Shown: positions 17,502 to 28,332, numbered from the stretch's first letter. The stretch is 64,000 bases of DNA from Candidatus Peribacteria bacterium RIFCSPHIGHO2_02_FULL_49_16 (GCA_001788955.1 MFXT01000019.1:6331-70330); one strand, 5' to 3'. Numbers and translations: made by a program. Notes: generated from the letters alone by a model not told the origin.

Positions 17502-18851
17502 CTATCCTGCCTTCATTACCCATCGAATCGGCGTCCCTTCAAATCCAAAGGTCAGACGCATTTGATTTTCGAGATAACGCAGGTGACTCAATTGGATTTT
17601 TTTCGAATTCTTTGTAAATAGAACAAAAGTAGGCGGAATATCACTTGCCTGTGTGATGTGTTTTATGGAGGAAAGTTGTGCGACTGATTGTCCATGAGCA
17701 ACGCCTTCATACCAGTTGTGCAGTTCTTTCGTTGGAATGCGGCGTCGGCGATTTTCATTGATCAGTGCGATGAGGTCAAAAATTTTGAGAAGCCCTTCGC
17801 GCGTCTTGGCAGAACAGGGAAGAATGGGAATAAACCGGCAGAAAGAAAGTGCATGCTGCACTTTCTGCAATACGATTTGACGGTGTTTCCCTTCAAAAAT
17901 GTCAATTTTATTCAAGAGCAAGAGAAATCCTTTTCCTTCCTGAAGCGCCATCTGCGCGATCCGTTTATCCTGACGGTTGATATCTTCCGTTGCATCAAGA
18001 ACAAGAACGGCAATGTCTGATTGCTCTAAAGCTTTGATGCTTCGCAAATACGCGTAATTTTCAATTTCTTCCACGATGTGCGATTTTCTCCGAATGCCCG
18101 CCGTGTCAATGAAGAGATATTCCTTATCGTCATGCTTGATGAATGTATCCGACGCATCGCGCGTCGTGCCGGGAGTATCGGAAACAATTCGCCCGCCTAA
18201 TTCCCGCTGCTTTTCGGTCATAAAGGCATTGATCAGTGAACTTTTTCCCACGTTCGGTTTCCCGATAATCGCCACTCGAGGGGTGTTTTCCTCTTTCTGG
18301 TTTTCGCTTTTCTCCTGTGTATCAAAATGTAATTTCTTCAACTCATGCACAATTTGTTCCTGTAATTGCTCAATGCCCATTTTGTTCATGGCACTGGTGG
18401 CGATGACATTGTCCGTAATACCGAATGCATAGGCTTGAGAAAAGGCTTCCTCCGCGCGTTCAAGATTATCGCATTTACTCAAAACGAGAATGACGGGAAC
18501 ATGCGTGCGTCTCTGTTTACGCAGCACATCAACGACGGCATAATCACTCGATGTCAGATCTTCCGTCGCATCTACGGTGAAGATGATGAGATCCGCGTGT
18601 TGGATGGCGAGATGGGCCTGTTTTTGCACATTGCTTTCCATGTCGCTATCTTGCGATCCGCCGCCGATGCCTCCGGTATCGAGAAGGAGGTAATTCATAT
18701 CCGGTGTCTCTATGCGATGCGCGATCGTATCGCGCGTCGTGCCGGGAATATCACTGATAATTGCATGACGTTTGCGAATCAGTCGATTAAAAAGACTCGA
18801 TTTTCCACTATTCGGCCGGCCGATGATGGCGACGATTGGCAGCTTGGGCAT
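17502..18851 (-). CDS. der: Ribosome-associated GTPase Der (EngA)
   Basis: Two tandem GTPase domains (GRPNSGKSSLFN and GKPNVGKSSLIN; DTGG and DTAG; SKCD and NKID) plus a KH-like C-terminus. The start is set at ATG 18851 to avoid overlapping the upstream ORF. Confidence 0.95.
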   Translation of the reverse strand: MPKLPIVAIIGRPNSGKSSLFNRLIRKRHAIISDIPGTTRDTIAHRIETPDMNYLLLDTGGIGGGSQDSDMESNVQKQAHLAIQHADLIIFTVDATEDLTSSDYAVVDVLRKQRRTHVPVILVLSKCDNLERAEEAFSQAYAFGITDNVIATSAMNKMGIEQLQEQIVHELKKLHFDTQEKSENQKEENTPRVAIIGKPNVGKSSLINAFMTEKQRELGGRIVSDTPGTTRDASDTFIKHDDKEYLFIDTAGIRRKSHIVEEIENYAYLRSIKALEQSDIAVLVLDATEDINRQDKRIAQMALQEGKGFLLLLNKIDIFEGKHRQIVLQKVQHALSFCRFIPILPCSAKTREGLLKIFDLIALINENRRRRIPTKELHNWYEGVAHGQSVAQLSSIKHITQASDIPPTFVLFTKNSKKIQLSHLRYLENQMRLTFGFEGTPIRWVMKAG

Positions 18852-18867
18852 AAGTCGAGATGAGCGA

Positions 18868-19584
18868 TTAGTCTTGTTCTTGTAATGATTCATGCCATTG
18901 CTCGATGCATTCTTCCAGTCTCTTATGGCGGGGAAAATGCGCACCGTTGTTACAGGAAACACGCATGAGAAGACTGCATGCGAGCATTTCTGCGGCATTC
19001 TCTCCTTGCGAAGCACAATCCTTTATTGTAGTAATCTCACTTTCATTATCCGGTTCAAAGAGAGCATAACCGAGAATTTTTTCTTCACATTTCACCAATG
19101 TTCCGACAATCTCCCTTTGATGAAACAGTTCCTCTATTTGCCCATGAGTCGCGGCGCACTCACCGAAAACCATGGCCTGCAGATGTGGTATGAACGATTC
19201 TTGTGCAGAGATATCGAGTGAATGGAAAATCTCTTGATTCATCAGGAGATGATCAGATTCTTCATTGCCTGGAAAGGGTGCGACGTAGTCGGCGCAACGA
19301 AAAAGAGTTTCGAGAGAGGATCGAAAATGCGCAAGGTACTCCACTCGCATATCGCGGTCTTTTACCGATTCGATCAGATCATGGAATGCCAATTCACATT
19401 GTCTTTGCAGACAAAGAAGATCCATGTTGGAAATGGTGTTTTTCAGTGTGTCCCAGAGACCGCGGTCCTGTTGAATGGTGCGGATTCCCCGGTACTCATT
19501 TTGTACATATTTCACGTCGTCAAGAACCAGCCGAATGTTGTCGTGAAGCAGTCCCATAACAGATAAAGTGTAAGACGAAGTCAA
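18868..19584 (-). CDS. Hypothetical protein
   Basis: 238-aa ORF with no motif that I recognise. It is tightly packed upstream of der on the same strand. Confidence 0.55.
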   Translation of the reverse strand: MTSSYTLSVMGLLHDNIRLVLDDVKYVQNEYRGIRTIQQDRGLWDTLKNTISNMDLLCLQRQCELAFHDLIESVKDRDMRVEYLAHFRSSLETLFRCADYVAPFPGNEESDHLLMNQEIFHSLDISAQESFIPHLQAMVFGECAATHGQIEELFHQREIVGTLVKCEEKILGYALFEPDNESEITTIKDCASQGENAAEMLACSLLMRVSCNNGAHFPRHKRLEECIEQWHESLQEQD

Positions 19585-19630
19585 GAAAATACAATAAACT
19601 CTTCTTATCGTACCGCCGAATCGCTAGTAT

Positions 19631-22093
19631 TTGGCCATGACGGAGCAGTATCAACCATCGGTTGTTGAGCGAAAATGGCAGAAAAAGTGGGAGGAGGCGA
19701 ATCTTTATGCAATCGAACTTGAAAAGGCTAAAAATCCATACTACTGTCTTGTGATGTTTCCGTACCCCAGTGGTGCGCGTTTGCACGTTGGGCACTGGTT
19801 TCAGTATGGTCCGACAGACAGTTTTGCGCGTTTTAAGAAAATGCAAGGAAATGATGTTTTCTTACCCGTAGGGTTTGATGCATTCGGACTCCCTGCGGAA
19901 AATTATGCGATCAAGACCGGTACGCCTCCGACAAAGTCCACTGCGGAAAATGTGCAGAATATGATGAAACAGTTTAAACGGATGGGGTGCATGTATGATT
20001 GGAGCAAGACTCTGAATACGTCAGAGCCGGAGTATTATCGCTGGACGCAATGGCTTTTTTTGCAGATGTACCAAAAAAATCTTGCTTATAAAAAAGAAGC
20101 GAAAGTGAACTTTTGTCCAAGTTGCCAAACGGTTCTTGCCAATGAACAATGCCAGGATGGCATGTGTGAACGATGTGGTACAGAAGTCGAGCAAAAGCCG
20201 ATGCAACAGTGGTTCTGGAAAATTACCGATTACGCACAGAGATTATTAGACGGCTTGGATACTATGGCATGGCCGGAGAAAACAAAGTTGATGCAGAGAA
20301 ATTGGATCGGAAAATCGGAAGGAGCAACGATAAAATTTGAAATCAAAAATCAGAAATCAGAAACACATAAAAAATTTGAAGTGAACAAGACAAAAACCTT
20401 CGTGGAAGTGTTTACCACGCGGCCTGATACGCTTTTTGGAGCGACGTATCTCGTGCTGGCGCCGGAACATCCGCTTGTCGATGAGGTCATGCCAAAGGAA
20501 CATGAAGGCGCTGTGCATGCTTACAGAGAAGAAGTAAAAAAGAAATCGGAAATGGAGCGCACGGAACTCAATAAAACGAAAACAGGAATCTGGATAGGTG
20601 CATATGCGATCAATCCGGCGACAGAGGAGGAAATTCCCATATGGATTGCCGATTATGTCCTCATAAATTATGGAACAGGCGCGGTCATGGCGGTTCCCGC
20701 GCATGATGAACGGGACTACGAATTTGCAAGCGTCTACGCTCTTACTGTGCGAGAAGTTGTAAAAGGAGGAAACATCAAGGATGCTGCATTTACAGAAGAG
20801 GGAAGCGCAATCAATTCTGATTTTCTTAATGGACTGTCAACGTCGGAAGCACAAAAACGCATTGTTGCTTGGCTTGAAGATGAAGAAATCGGCAGACAGA
20901 AAATCCATTACCGCTTGCGTGACTGGCTTATCTCACGTCAACGATACTGGGGCGCTCCGATCCCGATCGTCTATGATCCACAAGGCAATGCGCATCCTGT
21001 TTCCGAGGAGCACCTTCCATGGTTGCTCCCGACCGACGTGGAATGGAAACCCACAGGAGAATCTCCACTGAAAGCGTCGAAAGAATTCAAGAAACGTACC
21101 GAGAAGATCTTTGGCAAAGGGTGGACGCCGGAATGCGATACGATGGATACATTCGTATGTTCGTCTTTTTATTATCTACGATTCCTGACGAACGCACATT
21201 CTCAATCCAAAAGAGTGATCGATCCGGCTCTTGAAAAGAAGTGGATGCCGGTTGACATGTATATCGGCGGCCCGGAGCACGCGTGCATGCATCTGATCTA
21301 TGCGCGGTTCGTGATGATGGCATTGTATGATTTTGGAATTGTTTCCCATGAGGAGCCATTTCAAAAACTTGTGCATCAGGGACTGATCACGAATCAAGGT
21401 GCGAAAATGAGTAAAAGTAAAGGAAATATCGTTGATCCTGATCCTCTTGTGGAGAAGTATGGCAGCGATATTTTTCGTATGTATCTCATGTTTATGGGGC
21501 CATACGGCGATGGAGGAGACTTTTCAGATACGGGGATTCGTGGAGTGGAAAGATTTATGCAGAGAGTGTGGAAAATTTTTAAGAAAGCCAAAGAAGCTCC
21601 GGCGTCATTGCAAGGAGCCGCAAAAAGCAAAAAGGTGCAAATAAAACTTCATTCAACGATCAAGAAAGTAACCGAGGATATGGAAAAATTGCATTTCAAT
21701 ACGGCGATCAGTGCACTGATGGAATTACTTCATGTTCTGGAAAAAGAAGAAAGTATTTCAAAGGAGACACTGAAGACGTTTGCAATTCTGCTTGCGCCTA
21801 TCGCTCCTCATCTTGCCGAGGAGATTTGGGAAACGCAGAGCGCACAACATTCATTCGTTTTCCAACAACCTTGGCCATCATTCGATTCCACCATTGTCAT
21901 CACAGATACCATGACGATTGTCGTGCAGGTGAATGGAAAAATGCGGGCGAGCATCGAGGTTGATTCGGGTGCAAAAAAGGCAGATATTCTCGCAAAAGCA
22001 AAAGAGCAACCGAATGTGCAGAAATGGTTGGAAGGAAAAAATATGAAGAAAACAGTCTATGTACAAGGAAGATTAATTAATTTTGTTCTGTAG
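19631..22093 (+). CDS. leuS: Leucine--tRNA ligase
   Basis: 820 aa with the HIGH-type motif (PSGARLHVGH), KMSKSKGN and the conserved LeuRS editing and zinc regions. Confidence 0.97.
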   Translation: MAMTEQYQPSVVERKWQKKWEEANLYAIELEKAKNPYYCLVMFPYPSGARLHVGHWFQYGPTDSFARFKKMQGNDVFLPVGFDAFGLPAENYAIKTGTPPTKSTAENVQNMMKQFKRMGCMYDWSKTLNTSEPEYYRWTQWLFLQMYQKNLAYKKEAKVNFCPSCQTVLANEQCQDGMCERCGTEVEQKPMQQWFWKITDYAQRLLDGLDTMAWPEKTKLMQRNWIGKSEGATIKFEIKNQKSETHKKFEVNKTKTFVEVFTTRPDTLFGATYLVLAPEHPLVDEVMPKEHEGAVHAYREEVKKKSEMERTELNKTKTGIWIGAYAINPATEEEIPIWIADYVLINYGTGAVMAVPAHDERDYEFASVYALTVREVVKGGNIKDAAFTEEGSAINSDFLNGLSTSEAQKRIVAWLEDEEIGRQKIHYRLRDWLISRQRYWGAPIPIVYDPQGNAHPVSEEHLPWLLPTDVEWKPTGESPLKASKEFKKRTEKIFGKGWTPECDTMDTFVCSSFYYLRFLTNAHSQSKRVIDPALEKKWMPVDMYIGGPEHACMHLIYARFVMMALYDFGIVSHEEPFQKLVHQGLITNQGAKMSKSKGNIVDPDPLVEKYGSDIFRMYLMFMGPYGDGGDFSDTGIRGVERFMQRVWKIFKKAKEAPASLQGAAKSKKVQIKLHSTIKKVTEDMEKLHFNTAISALMELLHVLEKEESISKETLKTFAILLAPIAPHLAEEIWETQSAQHSFVFQQPWPSFDSTIVITDTMTIVVQVNGKMRASIEVDSGAKKADILAKAKEQPNVQKWLEGKNMKKTVYVQGRLINFVL

Positions 22094-22094
22094 A

Positions 22095-23528
22095 ATGATC
22101 GCACGTCCCTTTGATCGCTATCAGGAATTTACCGATATTGACGCCCTTACAGATATTGCAGATAAACCATTGCGAAAAAGTATTCGCGTGAACACACTCA
22201 AGATGTCCGTGGAGGAATTTCGAGTAAGAGCACGGAAAAAGGGATGGGCTTTAGAACAGATACCGTGGTGCGAAGAAGGGTTTTTCATAGACAGAGAAGA
22301 TCGAAGCTCCGCTCTTGGCAAAGATCTCCTGCATCTCACCGGATGTATGTATATGCAAGAAGCGGCGAGCATGTTGCCTGCAGAACTTTTGGATCCAAAA
22401 CAGGGTGAGATCATTTTAGATATGAGTGCGGCTCCGGGAAGTAAAACGACGCAGATGGCTGCACGTATGCAGAGTACAGGACACATCATTGCCAATGATG
22501 TGCAGGAAAAGAGATTATGGACACTCAAGACCGCGCTGCATCGATCAGGGGTAACAAATACGATCGTGAGCAAAAAACCCGGACAATGGTTCGGGAAACA
22601 CATGACGGAATGTTTCGATTGCGTGCTTTGTGATGCGCCGTGTACGGCACAGGGAACATCACGAAAGGATCCGCACGCTCTCATGTACTCGTCGCAAGAC
22701 AACATCGACAAGATGTCGCACATTCAGATGCAACTCCTTGAATCTGCCATCCACGCGGCAAAGATCGAAGGCCGCATCGTCTACTCCACTTGCACTCTGA
22801 CACCGGAGGAGAATGAGGGAGTGGTGCGGAAGATGTTGGAGAAGTTTGGTGAGAAGATAGAAGTTGTTGATTCAATGGCAAAGGATGTGGAGGATAGTGG
22901 ATGGAGCGGCAGAAAAGCGAAAGAAGATTCGATGAGCGTACAAAAATCCCTGCAACCTATTCCCTGCAACCTATTCCCTGCACTACGTCTCTGGCCCCAA
23001 ACGTTTGATACAGAAGGTTTCTTCTGCGCAGTACTGCAAAAGAATGCGGTGACGAGAGAGAAAGAAGACTATGCAGCTGTTGCTTTTCAGGAATCTCTTT
23101 TGTCACGATCGAAGCAGGAGGAAATTGCCAAGAAAATAGAAGAACTCTACGGAATATCATTTATGTATGAAGGAGAAATACTTTTTCGTCGTGAAGATCA
23201 ATTGCTCCTTACATCGCAGGACTGCGCCGGGATTCAACTTTCTTTGCGGGATTACTCGATCGGTCTTCCGTATGCGAAATTGCTCAAAGACGGACGCGTT
23301 CGTCTAAGTCACGAAATGGCTTTGCTGCGTGGCAGCGAAGCTTCAAAACAGACATATATGGTTACCGATGATGAATTGGCAGAACTCCTGAAAGGAAAAG
23401 ACATTCCCTGTCTTGAGGATCTGTATGGTGATCTTCTTCTCATCCATGATGGCATCTGCTTTGGTCGCGCGCTCGCAAAAAATGGAAAATGCAAAAACAA
23501 TCTTCCACGAACGATGATGTATTCCTGA
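22095..23528 (+). CDS. rRNA cytosine-C5 methyltransferase, RsmB/RsmF (NOL1/NOP2/Sun) family
   Basis: Motifs MYMQEAASMLP, DMSAAPGSKTT, DAPCTAQGTSRKDP, YSTCTLTPEENE and LRLWPQ..TEGFF. The first ATG lies 1 nt after the leuS stop. Confidence 0.9.
   Translation: MIARPFDRYQEFTDIDALTDIADKPLRKSIRVNTLKMSVEEFRVRARKKGWALEQIPWCEEGFFIDREDRSSALGKDLLHLTGCMYMQEAASMLPAELLDPKQGEIILDMSAAPGSKTTQMAARMQSTGHIIANDVQEKRLWTLKTALHRSGVTNTIVSKKPGQWFGKHMTECFDCVLCDAPCTAQGTSRKDPHALMYSSQDNIDKMSHIQMQLLESAIHAAKIEGRIVYSTCTLTPEENEGVVRKMLEKFGEKIEVVDSMAKDVEDSGWSGRKAKEDSMSVQKSLQPIPCNLFPALRLWPQTFDTEGFFCAVLQKNAVTREKEDYAAVAFQESLLSRSKQEEIAKKIEELYGISFMYEGEILFRREDQLLLTSQDCAGIQLSLRDYSIGLPYAKLLKDGRVRLSHEMALLRGSEASKQTYMVTDDELAELLKGKDIPCLEDLYGDLLLIHDGICFGRALAKNGKCKNNLPRTMMYS
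22947..22982. repeat. 14-bp tandem repeat (TCCCTGCAACCTAT), about 2.6 copies, inside a CDS
   Basis: Read directly from the sequence. The unit length is not a multiple of 3. Confidence 0.9.
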
Positions 23529-23559
23529 ATGAAATACGGATCAATCGGCAGTGTTCCAC

Positions 23560-24141
23560 TTACTGAAGTGGAATATTTAATATATTCGCACAGTCACGCA
23601 GATGTTTTTCTTGAAGTATCAGTGCATCGCAAATGACCGCGTCGGCTTTTTCGTACAATTCATCATCAGGATATCTGTCATGAATGTAATTATTATAAAA
23701 TGCTTCGTTTATTGTGGCTCTGATAAGCAGCATTTCATATTCCGTTTTCATAAGAATCACGCGCACGACTTCTTCGCGTATGTTCAAAATGAAACGGGCG
23801 ATTGGAGTAATCGGTTTCTTTCTCAAATCCAGAGTAGATATATGTATTTGTGCGGACAGCGTGCGCAGGGAAGCGGATTGTTTTGCATATTTCGCAAGTA
23901 ATGTTTGGCAGATGTCCGATAATGGTAAACAAGATGGCTCTTGAAGGCGGGCAACATAGTTTCTATTTTGGAAAATGAGAAATTCCGTAGACGAAAGTGC
24001 GCGCATCTTGGAGAGTCCGTTCGCATCGAAAGGCAGTACGATCTTTTTGATGTGAACATGTTCTCCGGATCGCACATTTTCACGCACTTCATCGAGCGTC
24101 TGCGTAGGAAACCGATCAAGTGTATCGTTTTGATCGAGCAT
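23560..24141 (-). CDS. Hypothetical protein
   Basis: 193-aa ORF divergent from dnaG. I recognise no motif. Confidence 0.5.
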   Translation of the reverse strand: MLDQNDTLDRFPTQTLDEVRENVRSGEHVHIKKIVLPFDANGLSKMRALSSTEFLIFQNRNYVARLQEPSCLPLSDICQTLLAKYAKQSASLRTLSAQIHISTLDLRKKPITPIARFILNIREEVVRVILMKTEYEMLLIRATINEAFYNNYIHDRYPDDELYEKADAVICDALILQEKHLRDCANILNIPLQ

Positions 24142-24196
24142 GAGTGCTATAATTACTTTTTAGGTTCATTTTGTCAATGTTCTACACTGTGTATCT

Positions 24197-25939
24197 ATGG
24201 ATCCCGTTTCCGACATCAAATCGCGTTTGCCTATAGAAGATCTTGTGCGACAGTATTGTCAACTCAAAAAATCCGGACGGAATTACAAGTGCTTGTGCCC
24301 TTTTCACACGGACAAAAATCCCAGCTTGCTTGTTTCCCCTGATAAGGGAATTGCGTATTGTTTCGCCTGTCAGACTGGCGGAGATATTTTTAGTTTTTAT
24401 CAGGCAATTGAAGGAGTGGATTTTCCACAGGCACTCAAGGAGCTTGCGGAACGAGTTGGTGTAGAGCTCGCGCGTGATACGGGACCGAAGCATTCAAAAG
24501 ACGAAAAAGAGAGAGTGCGGTCGTGCCTCATGGATGCCCTTGCGTTTTATCGCACAGAGCTGCAATCGGCAAAGGAAATACATGCGTATCTTGAAAAACG
24601 AGGCGTGGATGCAAAAGACATTGAAAAATATCAACTGGGCTTCGCGCCGAACGCAGAAAAAGAGTTATACGACGCGCTTCTGAAAAAAGGGCATAGTCGC
24701 ACTGAAATTCTTGCAGCAGGGCTTGGATTACAAAGCGATTTCAACGGTACCGTACGTGATCGATTCCGTCATCGTTTGATGTTTCCCATTCACGATCATC
24801 AAGGACGCTTGATCGGTTTTGGCGGACGCACAATGGGAAATGACAGCGCAAAGTACATGAATTCGCCGGATGGCATTCTCTATCACAAATCCGCAGTGTT
24901 CTTCGGTTTGCATACGGCAAAAGAGTCTGCCCGGGAAAAGGGAGAAATCATTCTTGTCGAAGGCTATTTTGATGTGCTTGCTTGCCGTCGGGTGGGGTTG
25001 ATGCACACGGTTGCCTGTTGCGGAACGGCGCTGACAGAGGAACATGCAAAGATTCTCAAGCGGTATGTTGATGAGGTTATACTCTGTCTCGATCAGGATA
25101 TCGCCGGAAAGAAAGCTTCTGAACGCGCCTTCTGTATGCTTGCGCAAGAAGGGTTACATGTGACGATCGCGACACTTTCCAAAAAAGATCCTGCGGATCT
25201 CGTACTCGAAGATGCAGAGTGTTTGAAAACGTGCATTCAAGCTCAACGTGTGCCGTTTATTGAACATGTCTGCAGAGAAATCGAGCACATGGATCTCAAA
25301 AATCCTCTGATCAAGCGGCGCATGCTGGAACGACTGATCACACTGTTACATGTTCTTCAGACAGCCGTGGAACGTCATCATTATCTTTCCCGTTGCGCGC
25401 GAGCGTTGGGGACAAGTGAATCGGCGCTGGAACAGGATTTCACTCGTTCACAAAAAAAACCACAGAACATGAATAGACAAGATACAGTGGGGCAAATACC
25501 AAGTGCTCAAAATTTCTCAAGTGCGGAGATTGCGCTGGGCATTTGTATGCTCCATCCGGGCATTCGCAAAGAATGTGTGAAATTGATGATGCCTGAAGAG
25601 GATTTTGTAAAAGCGCTTTATGAAATCGTATGTTCTGTTCCGCAAGATTCGCAGGAAATGAACATCGGAAATCTCCCGTTGCCGAAGGAGATGCATGAAC
25701 GATGTACCATTCTTCTACTCTTCTGTGAAGAACATGGATTCATAGAGTGGTCAGAGACGGTGGCTCGGCGGGAATTTCTTCAAAACTGTTTTCATGCCAA
25801 CAGATCTCTTATTCAGAAGAAACAAAAGCACATGACCGAATGCCTTCTTCAGGCCCGCCGCGAGGGAGAGAAGGAAGAGGAAAAAAAACTTCAAAATGAG
25901 TATCAGGAGCTTTTAATGACATCTAAAGGTCAGATATAA
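24197..25939 (+). CDS. dnaG: DNA primase
   Basis: Zinc finger [22 protein letters not shown], the RNA polymerase core, and Toprim motifs ([15 protein letters not shown]). Confidence 0.95.
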   Translation: MDPVSDIKSRLPIEDLVRQYCQLKKSGRNYKCLCPFHTDKNPSLLVSPDKGIAYCFACQTGGDIFSFYQAIEGVDFPQALKELAERVGVELARDTGPKHSKDEKERVRSCLMDALAFYRTELQSAKEIHAYLEKRGVDAKDIEKYQLGFAPNAEKELYDALLKKGHSRTEILAAGLGLQSDFNGTVRDRFRHRLMFPIHDHQGRLIGFGGRTMGNDSAKYMNSPDGILYHKSAVFFGLHTAKESAREKGEIILVEGYFDVLACRRVGLMHTVACCGTALTEEHAKILKRYVDEVILCLDQDIAGKKASERAFCMLAQEGLHVTIATLSKKDPADLVLEDAECLKTCIQAQRVPFIEHVCREIEHMDLKNPLIKRRMLERLITLLHVLQTAVERHHYLSRCARALGTSESALEQDFTRSQKKPQNMNRQDTVGQIPSAQNFSSAEIALGICMLHPGIRKECVKLMMPEEDFVKALYEIVCSVPQDSQEMNIGNLPLPKEMHERCTILLLFCEEHGFIEWSETVARREFLQNCFHANRSLIQKKQKHMTECLLQARREGEKEEEKKLQNEYQELLMTSKGQI

Positions 25940-25985
25940 GGGTTGTTTGCCTTGGTTTCTTCTCTCCCGTACTCTTTGCATACGT

Positions 25986-27461
25986 ATGGCCTCTCATCCA
26001 CGAAAATTTATTGCGCAGCCAACGGAGGATGACTTAAAAAAATATCCGGATGCCGTTCGGCATTTGGTGAAAAAAGGACGTGAACAGCGCTATGTTACTC
26101 ATCAAGAGATCATCGCTGCGATCCCCAATGCAGAGGAACATGTTGATCTTCTTGACGATGTGTACTCGCTCTTTGTCGATTTGGGCATCGAAGTGATTGA
26201 TGTGAAAGATGCGCTCATTTGGCAAAAGAAGAATAAAAAAATGCTTGCCGTCATGGTGGAGCCGACGGAGGATTTGGCCAAAGAGGTTACGACGGATGAC
26301 ACCGAAGATGAGGATGAAGAAGATGAAGAAAAAGTCGCGGATAACTTGACGTCAGATATGAGTCAGGAAGACGACAGTCTTATGCAGGTTGTTGCAACGG
26401 CCGGCATCGCTATTGACGAAAAAGGCTTGAGCGATGAAGAGAAAAAAAAGCGACGTCGCGAACGGGAGGTCGATCTTCTGGAAATCAGCAATGACTCCGT
26501 GCGCATGTATCTTTCGGAAATCGGTCGCGTGCCGCTTATCGATGGACGAAAAGAAGTGGAACTCGCGCGACGAATTCGCAAGGGTGATGCATCTGCCAAG
26601 CAGCAACTGGCCGAAGCAAATCTTCGTCTCGTGGTGTCGATTGCCAAGAAGTACATCGGTCGCGGATTGTCGTTTCTCGATCTTATTCAGGAAGGAAATA
26701 TCGGACTCTTTCGTGCAGTGGAGAAATTTGATCCGGAACGCGGTTTTAAATTCTCCACATATGCGACGTGGTGGATTCGTCAAGCAATCACCCGTGCGAT
26801 TGCCGATCAGGCTCGCACAATCCGCATTCCTGTGCATATGGTGGAGACCATCAATAAACTCACGCATACGCAACGCCGCCTTGTTCAGGAGCTTGGCCGC
26901 GAACCAACTCTCGAAGAGCTTGCGGTCGAGATGGAGATGGATATGAAGAAAGTGCAGCATATTCAAAAGATCAGCCAGGATATTGTTTCACTCGAAGCCC
27001 CTGTCGGGTCCGAAGAGGACAGTAAACTGGGAGACTTTATCGAGGATGAAGAAGCCATCAATCCGTTTGAAGCGACGAATCGACAATTGAAGAAAGAGAA
27101 TGTTCATCAAATGCTCGAGTTCCTTACGCCTCGTGAGCGCAAGATCATTGAGATGCGATTTGGTTTGAAAGATGGCATCGGTCACACGCTCGAAGAGGTT
27201 GGTCAGGAATTCGGTGTCACTCGTGAACGCATCCGGCAAATTGAGGCAAAGGTTCTGCAAAAAATGCGCGATCATCCGCGTTCACTTACGATTCGAGAAT
27301 TCGGTTCACCGGGAAAGCGCGTGGGTTTTTCGCCAATGCAGCAATTTGCTCAAGGAAAACTGTGTCCCCAATGTCGAACAGGATCCATGATTGAGTTGAT
27401 AAAAAACGGACAGCGCATATTCAAATGCGATCATTGTGCATACGAATTGCAGCATATGTGA
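25986..27461 (+). CDS. rpoD: RNA polymerase sigma factor RpoD with an extra C-terminal zinc-ribbon tail
   Basis: Acidic region 1, region 2 ([17 protein letters not shown]), region 3, and region 4.2 ([18 protein letters not shown]). About 50 additional residues follow, containing CPQC...CDHC. The first ATG is at 25986. Confidence 0.95.
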   Translation: MASHPRKFIAQPTEDDLKKYPDAVRHLVKKGREQRYVTHQEIIAAIPNAEEHVDLLDDVYSLFVDLGIEVIDVKDALIWQKKNKKMLAVMVEPTEDLAKEVTTDDTEDEDEEDEEKVADNLTSDMSQEDDSLMQVVATAGIAIDEKGLSDEEKKKRRREREVDLLEISNDSVRMYLSEIGRVPLIDGRKEVELARRIRKGDASAKQQLAEANLRLVVSIAKKYIGRGLSFLDLIQEGNIGLFRAVEKFDPERGFKFSTYATWWIRQAITRAIADQARTIRIPVHMVETINKLTHTQRRLVQELGREPTLEELAVEMEMDMKKVQHIQKISQDIVSLEAPVGSEEDSKLGDFIEDEEAINPFEATNRQLKKENVHQMLEFLTPRERKIIEMRFGLKDGIGHTLEEVGQEFGVTRERIRQIEAKVLQKMRDHPRSLTIREFGSPGKRVGFSPMQQFAQGKLCPQCRTGSMIELIKNGQRIFKCDHCAYELQHM

Positions 27462-28238
27462 TTAAGCCTGTATATCCGTGTTACGGAAGAGAGCCATGAT
27501 GGCATTCCACGCACGACGCATGATGCCTTCGCGTTGTTCTCTTTGTTCCGGGGACTCCTCTTTCAGTTCTTTCACATACTGCCCAACAGTGAGAATTTGT
27601 TCAATTTCTGCCGCATTCATACCTATTTTTTGTGCAAGTTCTTCAGAGGTTGGTTCATGACCGATTTTTTTCTTTAATTTTTTCTTCACATTCAAAATTC
27701 GCTGTACGCCTTTGAAAATTTCATCACGATAGTGTTTCCAAATAAGGAATTTCGGCACATAGAACATCATTTCTCCCTTCGCAAATCCTTCAAGAGACAG
27801 AGTGATTTGAATACGAGGTTGTCGATCGCCGCCGATAGATAATTTCTTCAGAGTAAAGGTGAGATGCGCATCTTCTCCGGAAAATGTCTCCAGTCCGTAT
27901 TTGATGTTATTGGATCGATAAATACTGCGGTGGCATCCGCGCAGGTATTGTTCTTGTGTGATCGGCAAATCAATCGTTTTGGTGTTCATCAAATAGCCAA
28001 ACATGACGAATGCAGACTGGAAAATAGCTTCGTCGATCTGTACCGCGGTCACATGTTCGATGTTTCTGTTGATTTTTTTGAACCTCGGAAAAACATATGT
28101 CATTTTGCACGAATTCTCATTAATCCCTTCGACGTTGGTTATCAGTAAATGATCTCCAAAAATATCCTGTCCTATTTCAAGCATTGTCAGTTCTTTCTGC
28201 TTTTCTGAAGAAATGATCTCTGGCTTTTGTGCATCCAT
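27462..28238 (-). CDS. Hypothetical protein with a sigma-70 region-3-like segment
   Basis: 258-aa ORF. Its C-terminal segment GHEPTSEELAQKIGMNAAEIEQIL resembles [23 protein letters not shown] in the adjacent RpoD. Confidence 0.55.
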   Translation of the reverse strand: MDAQKPEIISSEKQKELTMLEIGQDIFGDHLLITNVEGINENSCKMTYVFPRFKKINRNIEHVTAVQIDEAIFQSAFVMFGYLMNTKTIDLPITQEQYLRGCHRSIYRSNNIKYGLETFSGEDAHLTFTLKKLSIGGDRQPRIQITLSLEGFAKGEMMFYVPKFLIWKHYRDEIFKGVQRILNVKKKLKKKIGHEPTSEELAQKIGMNAAEIEQILTVGQYVKELKEESPEQREQREGIMRRAWNAIMALFRNTDIQA

Positions 28239-28262
28239 GATACAAAGAATTGTAAAGTATCA

Positions 28263-28290
28263 TTAACAAGAAAAGGATTTATTTTATAAT
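28263..28290 (+). promoter_or_regulatory. Candidate sigma70 promoter (TTAACA, 16-nt spacer, TATAAT) for the helicase gene
   Basis: The hexamers and spacer were counted by eye in the 94-nt intergenic region. Confidence 0.35.
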
Positions 28291-28332
28291 TTTTACAAGT
28301 TAAATCAACTCTTTTCCTCTACACTGCGAAGC

